Source of the DNA: Patescibacteria group bacterium
GTDB lineage: Bacteria; Patescibacteriota; Minisyncoccia; Phycocordibacterales; Phycocordibacteraceae
Direction: 5' to 3'
Assembly: GCA_018969385.1 (NCBI GenBank)
Contig: JAGWYL010000002.1
Coordinates: 289 to 64,288 of the forward strand
DNA length: 64,000 nucleotides
Made by a program: the position numbers and the translations under genes. The notes under the pieces are model-generated. The model searched no databases, had not been told where the DNA came from, and saw only the letters and a program-made list of their open reading frames with translations. Shown here piece after piece: positions 62,662-64,000 of this stretch; positions within the stretch are counted from its first letter, which is position 1; each line of letters begins with the position of its first letter.

Positions 62662-63456
62662 ATGGATGCCGCGATACGCGTAGAAAACCTGGTGAAGAAG
62701 TTCGGCGATTTTACCGCCGTGGATGACGTCTCCTTTTCCGTCCGGAAGGGAGAGATATTCGCGTTCCTGGGCCCGAACGGGGCGGGGAAGTCGACGACGA
62801 TAAAGATGCTCACGACCTTGCTTGCGCCCACGTCCGGTTCCATCTCCCTGTTCGGCGCGGACCCGGTGACGGATGCGAACGCCGTGCGGCATTCCTTCGG
62901 CATCGTGTTCCAGGACCCTTCGCTCGATGACGACCTCACCGCATACGAGAACCTGGAATTCCACGGCCTCCTCTATAACGTGCCGCGCGCGCTGCTCCAT
63001 GCACGCATCGAAGAGATGCTCGCGTTCGTCGAGCTGTCCGACCGCCGCGACTCTTTCGTGCGCGACTTTTCGGGCGGGATGAAGCGGCGGCTCGAGATAG
63101 CGCGCGGACTCCTGCATCACCCTAAGGTTATCTTCCTCGACGAGCCGACCCTGGGACTCGACCCGCAGACGCGCAACCATCTCTGGAGCTACCTCAAGAA
63201 GCTGAACGAAGACGAGGGCATCACGGTTTTCTTCACGACCCACTATATGGAGGAGGCGGACCGCATCGCGGACCGCATCGCCGTCATCGACGGCGGGAAG
63301 ATCGTCGCGTCCGGCACCGGAGCGGAGCTGAAGTCGAGGACGAAGACGGAAACGCTCGAGGACGCGTTCCTCGAACTCACGGGGCACGCGATACGCGAAG
63401 AGGAAAGCTCTTCGCTCGACCGCATGCGCACCATGCGGCGCGCGCACGGACGCTAG
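62662..63456 (+). CDS. ABC transporter ATP-binding protein (ABC-2 type)
   Basis: Walker A GPNGAGKST, signature FSGGMKRRLEIARGL, Walker B IFLDEPTLGLD. Confidence 0.9.
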   Translation: MDAAIRVENLVKKFGDFTAVDDVSFSVRKGEIFAFLGPNGAGKSTTIKMLTTLLAPTSGSISLFGADPVTDANAVRHSFGIVFQDPSLDDDLTAYENLEFHGLLYNVPRALLHARIEEMLAFVELSDRRDSFVRDFSGGMKRRLEIARGLLHHPKVIFLDEPTLGLDPQTRNHLWSYLKKLNEDEGITVFFTTHYMEEADRIADRIAVIDGGKIVASGTGAELKSRTKTETLEDAFLELTGHAIREEESSSLDRMRTMRRAHGR

Positions 63457-63458
63457 GT

Positions 63459-64000
63459 ATGATGAACGCCATCTACGTGATGTGGCTCCGGGAAGTGAAG
63501 CGGTTCATCCGCTCCAAGTCCCGCATCGTGGGCTCTCTCGCGCAGCCGCTCCTGTTCCTCCTCGCGTTCGGCTACGGCTTCGGCGCGGTGTACGCGAAAG
63601 CGGGGCAGGGCAATTACATCGAGTTCCTCGGTCCCGGCATCATCGGCATGTCCATCATCTTCACGTCCATCTTCAACGGCATGCAGGTCATCTGGGACCG
63701 GCAGTTCGGATTCTTGAAGGAGACCTTGGTGGCGCCCGTGCCGCGGCTCGCCATCATGTTCGGGCGCACCTTGGGCGGCGCGACGGTCGCATCCTTGCAG
63801 GGCGTCATCGTGCTCATTGCCGTCATCGCCGTCGGCTTCCGTCCAGACTCGTGGCTCCTCGTCATTCCGGCGATATGCATCATGCTCTCCGTCGGCCTCC
63901 TCTTCAGCGCGCTCGGCATCATGGTCGCGTCACTCCTGCGCGACATGCAGGGCTTCCAGCTCATCATGAACTTTCTCGTGATGCCGCTCTTCTTCCTCTC
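63459..64000 (+). CDS. ABC-2 family transporter permease, 3'-truncated by window edge
   Basis: Starts 3 nt after the ATPase stop; hydrophobic ABC-2 permease profile (MMNAIYVMWLREVKRFIRSK...); no stop before the window end. Confidence 0.7.
   Translation, partial: MMNAIYVMWLREVKRFIRSKSRIVGSLAQPLLFLLAFGYGFGAVYAKAGQGNYIEFLGPGIIGMSIIFTSIFNGMQVIWDRQFGFLKETLVAPVPRLAIMFGRTLGGATVASLQGVIVLIAVIAVGFRPDSWLLVIPAICIMLSVGLLFSALGIMVASLLRDMQGFQLIMNFLVMPLFFL

Noticed and set aside
1-64000. CRISPR array or cas genes
   Set aside because: No array of regularly spaced direct repeats. The recurring elements are palindromic hairpins at scattered loci, not repeat-spacer arrays. No Cas-like ORFs; the helicase-nuclease at 34163 is a UvrD/PD-(D/E)xK repair-type enzyme.

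Overview
This is a high-GC (~65%) bacterial chromosomal window packed with genes on both strands. Coordinates of features I delimited myself are approximate (±2 nt); CDS ends follow the supplied ORF track, and starts were moved to the most plausible internal start codon where the track began at an upstream GTG/TTG.

Gene content in order:
- smc (5'-truncated by the window edge), glutamate dehydrogenase, RNase R (minus strand).
- rpsP, a KH-domain protein and trmD, then a histidine phosphatase.
- Three tandem PpsA/rifampin-phosphotransferase-like PEP-utilizing genes.
- Two distantly paralogous 2-TM membrane proteins.
- rpoB, rpoC, dnaG, rpoD.
- A 6-gene group-4-hydrogenase/complex-I-like membrane module.
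- A UvrD-type helicase-nuclease, a DsbA-like oxidoreductase, a DEDD exonuclease, hisS, prmC, and an RRM RNA-binding protein.
- A MacAB-like ABC efflux operon, a FAD-linked oxidase, suhB-like inositol monophosphatase, a Pif1/RecD helicase, a P-type ATPase.
- An EmrAB-like HlyD-HlyD-MFS-MarR operon, and an ABC-2 transporter.

No rRNA, tRNA or CRISPR array was found.

The most unusual content:
1. The membrane hydrogenase-like cluster (26063-33206). Both the large (NuoCD/HycE-like) and small (NuoB/HycG-like) subunits have lost every NiFe-site and Fe-S cysteine ligand, and there is no ferredoxin-like subunit. This points to a redox-blind, Ehr-type ion-translocating module.
2. A family of ~95-100 bp palindromic (MITE/REP/RPE-like) elements in four copies. 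Three sit immediately 3' of stop codons and bracket the hydrogenase-like cluster in inverted orientation. The fourth is inserted in frame (34 codons, no stops) inside a FAD-linked oxidase gene.
3. A 45-bp perfect palindrome inserted in frame (15 codons) in trmD. Its TAGGACAT-N3-ATGTCCTA core recurs at two intergenic sites, and its outer arms resemble the large element family.
4. The triple PEP-utilizing cassette: one full ATP-grasp-plus-swivel-His enzyme followed by two N-terminally different paralogs that retain nearly identical swivel-His domains.

Secondary observations:
- A DnaG whose zinc ribbon has lost 3 of 4 ligands.
- An SMC-like protein without a recognizable hinge.
- Near-identical intrinsic terminators after diverged paralogous membrane-protein genes.
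- A recurring TGGTAT extended -10 promoter motif, several with leaderless starts.
- A sigma70-like promoter plus palindromic operator in front of the MarR-containing efflux operon.

Many long antisense ORFs in the six-frame track are high-GC artefacts and were rejected. The short rpoB and compact operons suggest a reduced-genome uncultured lineage; this is inference only.
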